This document shows positions 8,553 through 17,091 of a DNA stretch of 64,000 nt, one piece after another (within the stretch, counting starts at the first letter, position 1; each line of letters opens with the position of its first letter). Below the pieces are notes generated by a model, which was not told the DNA's origin, searched no databases, and saw only the letters and a list, made by a program, of their open reading frames with translations. The stretch is from Rubrobacteraceae bacterium (GTDB taxonomy: Bacteria; Actinomycetota; Rubrobacteria; Rubrobacterales; Rubrobacteraceae). The DNA is taken from positions 1,563 through 65,562 of the forward strand of contig DATHTK010000023.1 in the NCBI GenBank assembly GCA_035463295.1, given 5' to 3'. Both the position numbers and the translations under genes were made by a program.

Positions 8553-10580
8553 GTGAGCCTCATCGCTGGTATCGACGTCGGCGGCACTTTCACCGACGTC
8601 GCCGTGTACGACACTGAGACCGGGTCGGCACGGACTTCGAAGGTTTTCTCCACTCACAACCAGGCCGACGGCCTTCTGCGGGGGCTCCACCAGGTCGTGG
8701 AGATGGTGGGGCAGCTTGCGGCCGTCGTGCACGGTACGACGGTGGCGACCAACGCCATCATCGAACGCAAGGGCGCGAAGGCGGCGCTCGTCACTACCGC
8801 CGGTTTTCGAGATGTGCTGGAGCTTCGCCGGCGTGATCGGCCGGACGCTTACGGGCTTACCGGTGGATACCGCCCGTTGATTCCGCGGAGTCGCTGTGTC
8901 GAGCTGGGTGAGCGGCTCGACGCGAACGGCGACGTCGTAGCGGAGCTCGGCGTGGACGGCGTGCGTAGCGTCGTCAATCAACTCGAGGGGCTCGATGTCG
9001 AGTCAGTGGGCGTGTGCCTGCTCCACAGCTACGCCGACCCCGTGCACGAGAACAGGATCGCCGAGGCCCTGCGGGGCGCCTTGCCGGGCGTCCATCTGAG
9101 CGTCTCGAGCACCCTGGCTGCCGAGGCAGGGGAGTTCGAGCGCGCGTCTACGACGGCCATCAACGCCTTCGTCCACCCCCGCATGGTGGAGTATCTTCGT
9201 GAGGTGCGTCGGCGCCTCACCGAGGAAGACTTCGCGAGGGACGTATGGGTCATGCAGTCGAGCGGGGGGCTGATGCAGATCGACCGTGCAGCGGAGCAGC
9301 CTGTGCGTACGGTTCTCTCCGGTCCGGCAGCCGGCACAGTGGGCGCGGCGGAGCTCGCGGCGCTGGCTGGCATCGAGGATGTGATCTCCTGTGACATGGG
9401 AGGCACCAGCTTTGATGTGGCTCTCATTCCTGGAGGCATGCCGGCCCAGTCAACGGGGCGGCAGATCGCGTACGGCGTCCCGGTGCAGCTTCCGATGGTT
9501 GACATTCATACCATCGGAGCCGGAGGTGGCAGCATCGCCTGGATGGACCGCGGCGGAGTGCTGCAGGTCGGCCCCGAGTCCGCGGGCGCCGAGCCCGGCC
9601 CGGCGGCATACGGCAGGGGTGGGGAACGGCCCACCGTCACCGACGCCAATGCCGTGCTCGGCCGGCTGGACCCGCAGGCGCGACTCGGTACCGAAGAGGG
9701 GTTCCATATCGACGTTGCGGCGGCCGAGAGCGCTATCCGAAAGCAGATCTCCGACCCGCTCGGACTCAGCGTCACCGACGCGGCCCTGGGCATCATCCGG
9801 GTCGCGAACGTCAAGATGGCTGGCGCGATCCGGCGGGTCTCCGTCGACCGGGGCCATGACCCGCGAAGGTTCGCGCTCGTCGGGTTCGGCGGAGCGGGTC
9901 CCGCTCACATCGTCGAGTTGGCCGCGGAGATCGGATCGACGCGCGTGCTGATCCCTCCGCAGCCCGGCATCACCTCCGCCCTTGGTTGCTTGCTCGCCGA
10001 TGTCCGTCATGACTTCGTGCATGCCGTCAATACCGACGTGGACGCGGTAACAGCGGAGCAGGTCCGCAACGTCTTCGCGGCGCAACGAGAGCAGGGGGTG
10101 CGGATTCTTCTCCGGGACCAGTTCCCGGACGAGCGGATCGAAGTGCATCACTTCGCCGATATGGCCTACGCCAGGCAGTTGCACAACCTCTTGGTGCCGC
10201 TGTCAGACGCATCCGGAGAGTGGACCGGCAAACACCTCACGGAGGCCTTTCTGGAGCGCTACGGGGAGACTTACGGGGGTCTTCTACGGCGGGGAAGCGT
10301 GAAGCTCGTCAACCTCCGCACCGTGGTGGTCGGCAAGCGTGAGACGGTGCGCTTCTCGAGCGAACCAGCTGTCGAACACCACGAGCCTCGGCACCGGCCG
10401 GTGACATTCGTAGAGGGCGCGTACGAGACGCCCGTGGTGTCTAGATCGGCCTTGCGACCGGGCGAGCGATGGGAGGGGCCTGTGATCGTGGAGCAGCAGG
10501 ACACCACCACCATCGTCCCGCCCTCGGCGGTTGTCGAGGTGCATCCCACCGGCTCCCTCCTCGTGGAGGTGCAATCGTGA
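8553..10580 (+). CDS. hyuA: Hydantoinase/oxoprolinase family, A (HyuA-type, ATP-binding) subunit, copy 1
   Basis: N-terminal GIDVGGTFTDV, VHGTTVATNAIIERKG, DMGGTSFDV, GAGGGSIAW. 675 aa. Confidence 0.9.
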   Translation: MSLIAGIDVGGTFTDVAVYDTETGSARTSKVFSTHNQADGLLRGLHQVVEMVGQLAAVVHGTTVATNAIIERKGAKAALVTTAGFRDVLELRRRDRPDAYGLTGGYRPLIPRSRCVELGERLDANGDVVAELGVDGVRSVVNQLEGLDVESVGVCLLHSYADPVHENRIAEALRGALPGVHLSVSSTLAAEAGEFERASTTAINAFVHPRMVEYLREVRRRLTEEDFARDVWVMQSSGGLMQIDRAAEQPVRTVLSGPAAGTVGAAELAALAGIEDVISCDMGGTSFDVALIPGGMPAQSTGRQIAYGVPVQLPMVDIHTIGAGGGSIAWMDRGGVLQVGPESAGAEPGPAAYGRGGERPTVTDANAVLGRLDPQARLGTEEGFHIDVAAAESAIRKQISDPLGLSVTDAALGIIRVANVKMAGAIRRVSVDRGHDPRRFALVGFGGAGPAHIVELAAEIGSTRVLIPPQPGITSALGCLLADVRHDFVHAVNTDVDAVTAEQVRNVFAAQREQGVRILLRDQFPDERIEVHHFADMAYARQLHNLLVPLSDASGEWTGKHLTEAFLERYGETYGGLLRRGSVKLVNLRTVVVGKRETVRFSSEPAVEHHEPRHRPVTFVEGAYETPVVSRSALRPGERWEGPVIVEQQDTTTIVPPSAVVEVHPTGSLLVEVQS

Positions 10581-12256
10581 CCAGCGTGGACCCGACGACG
10601 CTCGCTGTCGTCCGCGGTCGGCTCGAGCAGACCACGGACGAGATGGATACCGTCTTCGAGCGCATGGCCTTCTCGCCGGTGATCTCCGATGCCTGGGATC
10701 GCGCGGACGGGATCTATCGTCCGGATAACGGCAGCATGGTCGTACAGGGCGAACGAGGTCTGCCAATTTTTGTCGGGACCATGCAATACGCAACGCGGGC
10801 CGTCATCGACCACGCCGGGAAGCCGCGGGCTGGCGACGTATTCATGATCAACGACCCGTACCTGGGCGGCACGCACATTATGGACGTGAAGATGGTGCGC
10901 CCGTTCTTCCACGACGGTGAGCTGTTTTGCTACCTGGCGAACACCGGTCACTGGCCGGACATCGGCGGTCGCGTTCCCGGTGGCTTCTCATCTGCCGCCA
11001 CCGAGGTCTACCAGGAGGGATTACGCGTCCCGCCGGTTCGACTGTTTTCCGGCGACCGGCTCAATGGCGACATACTCGCCATTCTTCAGGCCAACAGCCG
11101 CATCCCCGAAGACATCGAAGGCGACGTCCGCGCCCAGGCGACCGCCCTGCGGGTAGGTGAGGAACGGCTCGGCGAGTTGCTCGGCGAGTATGGAAAGGAA
11201 ACCGTGCTCGCGTGCATCGACGAGCTCGAGGTACGAGCCGAGCGGCAGATGAGCTCCCATCTCGATGAGGTGCCGGATGGCGCCTACCGCTTTGTGGAGG
11301 AGATGGACAACGACGGCATCGATGACGTGCCGCTGCGTATCGAGGTCGCCGTGACCGTTCGCGGTCAGCGGCTTACGCTGGACTTTACGGGTAGCTCCGG
11401 GCCGTGTGCGGGCCCGATGAACAGCGTGTACGCCGCGACCGTGTCCTCGTGTGCCGTGGCGCTTAAGCACATCTGGCCCGACGTAGCGCTCAACTCGGGC
11501 ATGTTCGTGCCTCTGGAGTTTGTGATCCCCGAGACAACCTTCCTCAACGCAGCCGTTCCCCAACCCGTCGCTGGCTGCGCCGCGGAGACCTCACAGCGCA
11601 TAATCACCGCGGTAATGGGCTGTCTCGGGCAGGCGGTCCCCGATCGCGTCCCGGCGGGATCGTGTGCAACGATCAACAACCTGTCGATGGGCGGCGTCGA
11701 CGCCGGTGGAGACCCCTACGTTATGTACGTGTTCCTCGGGGGTGGCTACGGAGGTCATGCGTCGGGCGACGGCCTGACCAACGGGTGCTCTCTTATGAGC
11801 GTTGCCCGGACGCAGTCGCTGGAGGTTCTCGAGCAGCGCTACCCCATCCGCTTCAACCGCTACGCGGTGCGAGAGGGCTCCGCAGGGTCCGGGCGCTACC
11901 GAGGCGGCTTCGGGGTCGAGTTCGAGTTCACGTTCACCGGCCGCAGCGGACGTGCGTCGCTTCTGGGCGACCAGGCGAAGAGCCCGCCTAAAGGCGTAGG
12001 AGGCGGTAGCAACGGAGCGCCGGCGAGCCCTTACTTCGTGCTCGACGGGGAGCACACTGTCTTACCCATGATCTCCAAGGGTGAGAATATACCCTTGCGC
12101 CCCGGAGACGTCGTCTGCCTGCGGACGGCCGGTGGAGGGGGGTACGGACCTCCCTCACAACGCGACCCTCTGCTCGTGCGCCGGGACGTCGACGACGGAT
12201 ACATCACCGAAGCCGAAGCGTCCGAGCTCTACGGGAGGGTCGAGAGTCATGAATGA
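10577..12256 (+). CDS. hyuB: Hydantoinase B/oxoprolinase family, B (HyuB-type) subunit, copy 1
   Basis: DPTTLAVVRGRLEQTTDEMD start region, NDPYLGGTHIMD motif, C-terminal GGGGYGPP. GTG 10577 overlaps the hyuA stop (GTGA). The ORF-track start at 10469 would overlap hyuA by 112 nt. Confidence 0.9.
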   Translation: MTSVDPTTLAVVRGRLEQTTDEMDTVFERMAFSPVISDAWDRADGIYRPDNGSMVVQGERGLPIFVGTMQYATRAVIDHAGKPRAGDVFMINDPYLGGTHIMDVKMVRPFFHDGELFCYLANTGHWPDIGGRVPGGFSSAATEVYQEGLRVPPVRLFSGDRLNGDILAILQANSRIPEDIEGDVRAQATALRVGEERLGELLGEYGKETVLACIDELEVRAERQMSSHLDEVPDGAYRFVEEMDNDGIDDVPLRIEVAVTVRGQRLTLDFTGSSGPCAGPMNSVYAATVSSCAVALKHIWPDVALNSGMFVPLEFVIPETTFLNAAVPQPVAGCAAETSQRIITAVMGCLGQAVPDRVPAGSCATINNLSMGGVDAGGDPYVMYVFLGGGYGGHASGDGLTNGCSLMSVARTQSLEVLEQRYPIRFNRYAVREGSAGSGRYRGGFGVEFEFTFTGRSGRASLLGDQAKSPPKGVGGGSNGAPASPYFVLDGEHTVLPMISKGENIPLRPGDVVCLRTAGGGGYGPPSQRDPLLVRRDVDDGYITEAEASELYGRVESHE

Positions 12257-13625
12257 TTCGGCACTGCTCGCCCCTCCAGGTTCGCATCTGCCCGTCGTGT
12301 CGCGCGGAGAGGGTGTGTGGCTCGTTGACGAGGCGGGTCGTCGCTATCTCGACGGCAGCTCCGGCGCCGTCGTGACCAGCCTCGGACACGGCAACGCCGA
12401 GATCGCCGCGGCGCTGCAGCAGCAGGCCGTCACGGTGGCCTTCGCGCATCGGACGCAGTTCCGTAACCGTCCCGCCGAGGACCTCGCCGCCGCGCTCGTG
12501 GACCTTGCCCCGCCTGCCCTCGCCCGTGCCGCGCTGCTCTCGTCGGGCTCGGAAGCCAACGAGCTCGCCATGAAGCTCGCCATTCGCTTCTGGCAGGAGC
12601 AGGGGCAACCGCGCAAACACGGCTTCGTTTCACGCTGGACCAGCTATCACGGGTCCACGCTAGGAGCACTCTCCGCGACCGGACACCCGGCCCGCCGAAG
12701 AGCGTTCGCGGACCTGCTGCACCCCTTCCCTCGGGTCTCTCCTCCTTACTGTCTGCGGTGCCCCGCGGGTGCGTCACCGGAGAGCTGCGCCGAGGCGTGC
12801 CTGGACGAGCTCGAAGTTGCGATACAGCGCGAGGGCCCGGAGCGGCTCGCCGCGTTCATCGCTGAGCCGGTGGTAGGCGCCGCGGCCGGTGTACTGGTAC
12901 CCCCTTCCGGCTATCACGAGCGGGTGCGTGAGCTCTGCGATCGGTACGAGCTACTGTGGATCGCCGATGAGGTCATGTCCGGCTGCGGACGCACCGGACG
13001 CTGGCTGGCGGTCGAGCACTGGGACGCCGTTCCCGACCTGGTGACCCTTGGCAAGGGCCTGACAGGCGGCTACGCCCCGCTGTCAGCGGTCCTTTGCACA
13101 TCAAAGGTCGCCGCAGCTCTCGGGTCGGGTGAGCTAGGCGCCGCCTCCGCTCACACGTACACCAACACGCCGTTGTCCGCGGCCGTCGGGCTTGCGGCCG
13201 TGGAGGTGATAAAGCGACAGGATCTGGTCGCGCGTGCCTCCGCCCTCGGCGCGGTGCTCCACGAGGCACTAGCCTCGCTCGGCCGGGAGATCGAGATGAT
13301 CGGGGACGTCCGAGGGCTGGGTCTTCTGCAAGGCGTCGAGCTGGTCGCTGATCGGCGGACGCTCGATCCTTTCGACCCCGAGCTTCGCGTAACCGCCCGC
13401 CTCGTGGCGGCCGCTCGCCATCGCGGCTTGCTTGTGTATCCGGCGGCTTTGGGAATCAACGGGCAGTCGGGCGACGCAATAGTCGTGGCACCGCCCTTGA
13501 TCATCAGCGAGCCCGAGATCGGTGAACTCGTCGCCCGTCTTCGGGAGGCGCTGCTCGATGTTGGCCGCCTCCTTAACGAGGAGCCACCGTCTGTGCAAGA
13601 TGGCAACAGTCGAGAGGAGGAGTAA
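12249..13625 (+). CDS. Class-III (omega-type) PLP-dependent aminotransferase
   Basis: SGSEANELAMKLA, ADEVMSGCGRTG, and PLP-lysine region TLGKGLTGGY. ATG 12249 overlaps the hyuB stop (ATGAATGA). Confidence 0.9.
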   Translation: MNDSALLAPPGSHLPVVSRGEGVWLVDEAGRRYLDGSSGAVVTSLGHGNAEIAAALQQQAVTVAFAHRTQFRNRPAEDLAAALVDLAPPALARAALLSSGSEANELAMKLAIRFWQEQGQPRKHGFVSRWTSYHGSTLGALSATGHPARRRAFADLLHPFPRVSPPYCLRCPAGASPESCAEACLDELEVAIQREGPERLAAFIAEPVVGAAAGVLVPPSGYHERVRELCDRYELLWIADEVMSGCGRTGRWLAVEHWDAVPDLVTLGKGLTGGYAPLSAVLCTSKVAAALGSGELGAASAHTYTNTPLSAAVGLAAVEVIKRQDLVARASALGAVLHEALASLGREIEMIGDVRGLGLLQGVELVADRRTLDPFDPELRVTARLVAAARHRGLLVYPAALGINGQSGDAIVVAPPLIISEPEIGELVARLREALLDVGRLLNEEPPSVQDGNSREEE

Positions 13626-13629
13626 GGAT

Positions 13630-14961
13630 ATGGAACAGGTTGGCGGGGAAGACATAGGTCAGCAATCGTCAGTCAGGAAGGTGGCGGTCGCCAGCTTCGT
13701 GGGCACGGCCCTCGAGTGGTACGACTACTTCATCTACGGCACGGCCGCGGCGCTGGTCTTTCCGGCGCTGTTTTTCCCGGGGTTCTCGACGTTCGCCGGG
13801 ACCCTGGCGTCCTTCGCTACATTCGGGGTCGGGTTCTTCGCTCGTCCGGTAGGAGCGGTGTTCTTCGGCCACTATGGGGACAGAGTGGGTCGCAAGGCGG
13901 TCCTGGTCACCACGCTCCTGATCATGGGCGTCGCCACTTTCCTTATCGGCGTCCTCCCGCCGTACGAAGCGCTCGGGGTACTGGCCCCGGTGGCTCTCGT
14001 CGTACTGCGTCTCTTGCAGGGTTTCGCCGTAGGTGGAGAGTGGGGCGGCGCGGTCCTGATGGCGGTGGAGCATTCCCCCTCCGAGTCCCGGGGATTCTTC
14101 GGGAGCTGGCCGCAGATGGGCGCCCCGGCGGGGCTCGTGCTCTCGACGGCCGCATTCACCCCGTTTGCGGCTCTCCCGGAGGAGCAGTTCCTCTCCTGGG
14201 GCTGGCGTATCCCGTTCCTCCTGAGCATCTTGCTCATAGCGGTCGGGCTGTACATCCGACTCAGGATCACCGAGTCTCCCATCTTCTCTCAGGTCAGGGA
14301 GACACATACCGAGGCGCGCGCGCCGATCATCGACGCTGTGCGCACCTACCCGAAGAATATCGCCCTGGGTACGGGAGCCCGCATAAGCATCGACGTCGCC
14401 TTCTACATATTCGCGGTCTACGCGCTCTCCTACGTCACTGAGCAGCTCGGGATGCCCAGCAGTACGGTCTTGATCGGGCTCCTTATCGCGGGCGTCATCG
14501 AGATCTTCACCATACCCTTTTTCGGATCGCTTTCGGATCGTCTGGGCCAGCGTCAGGTCTTTATCGGGGGCGCGGTATTCCTGGCTTTGTTCGCCCTTCC
14601 TTTCTTCTGGATGCTCGACACGGAGGTCAGCATCATCATCTGGCTCGCCCTGGTACTGGGCCTCAGCGTCGGCCACGCCGCAGCTTACGGCCCGATGGCG
14701 AGTTTCATGGCCAGGCTCTTCGGAGCACGCGTCCGCTACAGCGGAATCTCCTTGAGCTACCAGCTCGCCGGGATACTCGGAGGTGCCCTGGCACCGCTGA
14801 TCGCGACCTTGCTCTACGCGGCGATCGAAGGGCCGGCACTCATAGCGCTCTACATGGCCGCGCTGTGCGGCCTCACCGTAGTATGCGTCTACCTGGCCTC
14901 GGATTTCCCAGGGGACGACCCCGACGAGGGGCGGCTGGCCGCCGAAGAGCGGGTGGGGTAG
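13630..14961 (+). CDS. MFS transporter, metabolite:H+ symporter (MHS; ProP/KgtP/ShiA-like) family
   Basis: FVGTALEWYDYFIYG N-terminal signature, GHYGDRVGRK loop, 12 predicted TM segments. ATG 13630 lies 4 nt after the aminotransferase stop, with AGGAGGAG inside the upstream gene's end. Confidence 0.88.
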   Translation: MEQVGGEDIGQQSSVRKVAVASFVGTALEWYDYFIYGTAAALVFPALFFPGFSTFAGTLASFATFGVGFFARPVGAVFFGHYGDRVGRKAVLVTTLLIMGVATFLIGVLPPYEALGVLAPVALVVLRLLQGFAVGGEWGGAVLMAVEHSPSESRGFFGSWPQMGAPAGLVLSTAAFTPFAALPEEQFLSWGWRIPFLLSILLIAVGLYIRLRITESPIFSQVRETHTEARAPIIDAVRTYPKNIALGTGARISIDVAFYIFAVYALSYVTEQLGMPSSTVLIGLLIAGVIEIFTIPFFGSLSDRLGQRQVFIGGAVFLALFALPFFWMLDTEVSIIIWLALVLGLSVGHAAAYGPMASFMARLFGARVRYSGISLSYQLAGILGGALAPLIATLLYAAIEGPALIALYMAALCGLTVVCVYLASDFPGDDPDEGRLAAEERVG

Positions 14962-15006
14962 ACATGAGCGTCGGTTCGGGACGAATAGGGTAGAGAGACA
15001 GCCACC

Positions 15007-17091
15007 ATGGACAGACGCTACCGTGTTGGAGTAGATATCGGCGGGACGTTCACGGATCTGGTGCTGATCGACGACGCAACGGGCGAGCGGTCCATCGGCA
15101 AGGTCCTGACCACGCCGCAGGACCCCTCGGACGCCGTCGAAAAAGGGTTGGCCGAGCTTCTCGAGAGAGAAGGCGTCGAGGCTTCGCAGATCAAGACCAT
15201 AGTCCACGGCACGACCCTGGTGACGAACGCCCTGATCGAGCGCAAAGGAGCCACGACGGCTCTGCTGACGACGCAAGGGTTCCGGGACGCGATCTCGATC
15301 GGCACCGAGCACCGCTACGACATGTACGACATCTATATCGAGAAGCCCGAGCCTCTGGTGCCGCGAAACCTGCGCTACGGTGTGCGCGAGCGCGTGCTCG
15401 ACGATGGTTCGGTCGCCATCGAACTTGATGAGGAACAGCTGAGGCAGGTCGTCGCGGAGCTGCGCGAGCGGGAAGTAGAGGCCGTCGCAGTGAGCTTCTT
15501 GCACTCTTTTCGCAATTCCACCCACGAGCAGAGGGTCGCCCGGGTTCTCGCGGAGGAGGCGCCGGGGATCACCGTCTCGCTCTCTTCGGACGTTGCGCCG
15601 GAGATCCGGGAGTACGAGCGCACCTCGACGACGATCGCCAACGTCTACGTCAGGCCGCTCGTCGAGCGCTACCTGCGGGTGCTGGAGGAGCGGCTGACAA
15701 ACCTCGGGTTCGGGGGCTCTCTCTACATCATGCTCTCGAACGGAGGCACGGCTAGCGTCGAGACGGCCCGCGAGTTCCCGATCCGGCTCCTCGAGTCCGG
15801 CCCGGCGGCGGGTGCGCTTGCCGCCGCTTTTTACGGCCTGAAGACAGGGTTCTCCGCGGTACTATCCTTCGATATGGGCGGGACGACGGCCAAGGCGTGC
15901 CTGATCGAGGGCGGAGAGCCGCTCACGGCTAGCGAGTTCGAGGTCGCCCGGGTCTACCGGTTCAAGAAAGGCTCGGGGCTGCCGGTCAAGACCTCGGTGA
16001 TCGAGATGATCGAGATCGGCGCCGGTGGCGGCTCTATCGCTCGCGTGGGCCCGCTCGGTTTGCCGAAGGTCGGCCCCGAGAGCGCCGGCGCCGACCCTGG
16101 TCCGGCGTGCTACGGGCGCGGCGGAAGCGAGCCCACGGTAACCGACGCGGACCTGATCCTTGGCTACCTCGACCCTGACTTCTTCCTGGGCGGCAGGATG
16201 CACCTCGACCGCGACGCGGCCTTGAAAGCTATCGAGGAGGGGATAGCCCGTCCCCTCGGCCTCGACCCCATCGAAGCCGCCTGGGGTATCCACCAGGTCG
16301 TCAACGAGAACATGGCCAACGCGGCCAGGATCCACGCCATCGAGCGCGGCAAGGACCCGCGGGCTTATCCTCTGTTTGCCTTCGGCGGCGCCGGACCCGT
16401 GCACGCCTATAGCGTCGCCCGCGCCCTCGGTGTCCCGGGTTTCGTAGCTCCGCTCGGGGCGGGCGCGACCTCGGCGTTCGGCTTCCTGTGCGCCCCGCTC
16501 TCCTTCGACTTCGTGCGCAGCCTCTACGGCCGACTGGACGAGCTCGACTGGTCCGTGGTGAACGGGGCGCTGGAGGAGATGGAGAAGGAGGGACGCGACC
16601 TCCTGCGCGCCTCCGGGGTCGCGGACGCCGACATCCGGGTGCGCCGGCTCTGTGATATGCGCTATACGGGCCAGGGACACGAGGTGACCGTGGAACTGCC
16701 CGTCGGGGCTCTGGGCCCGGACGACACCGGCCGGCTGGCGTCGCTCTACAGCAAGGAGTACCGGAGGCTGTACAACAGGGAGGGTCCGGACGTGCCGCTC
16801 GAGGCGCTCACCTGGCGCCTCGAGGTCGCCGCACCGCCCCCCGAGATACGGCTCGAGGCAGGGGAGGAGAGAGAAGCTGCCTCCGGGGGGCGGAAAGGCG
16901 CGCGTGAGATCTACCTTCCCGAGGAGAAAGGCTTCCGGGAGGTGCCGGTCTACGACCGCTACCGCCTCGGCCCCGGGGCGGCCTTCGAGGGACCGGCGGT
17001 TATAGAGGAGAAGGAGTCTACAGTCATCCTCGGTCCGGAGGGGCGGGCAAAGATCGACGCCGCTCGGAACCTGATCGTGAAGTGGTCATGA
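15007..17091 (+). CDS. hyuA: Hydantoinase/oxoprolinase family, A subunit, copy 2
   Basis: GVDIGGTFTDL, VHGTTLVTNALIERKG, DMGGTTAKA, GAGGGSIAR. 694 aa. Clearly diverged from copy 1. Confidence 0.9.
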   Translation: MDRRYRVGVDIGGTFTDLVLIDDATGERSIGKVLTTPQDPSDAVEKGLAELLEREGVEASQIKTIVHGTTLVTNALIERKGATTALLTTQGFRDAISIGTEHRYDMYDIYIEKPEPLVPRNLRYGVRERVLDDGSVAIELDEEQLRQVVAELREREVEAVAVSFLHSFRNSTHEQRVARVLAEEAPGITVSLSSDVAPEIREYERTSTTIANVYVRPLVERYLRVLEERLTNLGFGGSLYIMLSNGGTASVETAREFPIRLLESGPAAGALAAAFYGLKTGFSAVLSFDMGGTTAKACLIEGGEPLTASEFEVARVYRFKKGSGLPVKTSVIEMIEIGAGGGSIARVGPLGLPKVGPESAGADPGPACYGRGGSEPTVTDADLILGYLDPDFFLGGRMHLDRDAALKAIEEGIARPLGLDPIEAAWGIHQVVNENMANAARIHAIERGKDPRAYPLFAFGGAGPVHAYSVARALGVPGFVAPLGAGATSAFGFLCAPLSFDFVRSLYGRLDELDWSVVNGALEEMEKEGRDLLRASGVADADIRVRRLCDMRYTGQGHEVTVELPVGALGPDDTGRLASLYSKEYRRLYNREGPDVPLEALTWRLEVAAPPPEIRLEAGEEREAASGGRKGAREIYLPEEKGFREVPVYDRYRLGPGAAFEGPAVIEEKESTVILGPEGRAKIDAARNLIVKWS

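Noticed and set aside
13669-15525. 618-aa antisense ORF across the MFS and hyuA2 genes. Similar long antisense or alternative-frame ORFs occur at 17841-19166, 28374-30011, 42658-43995, 44287-45552, 46969-48039, 55439-56782 and 60322-62526.
   Set aside because: These have Arg/Pro/Gly/Asp-rich, low-complexity translations opposite or overlapping genes with clear family motifs. Stop-free alternative frames are an expected artefact of high G+C content.
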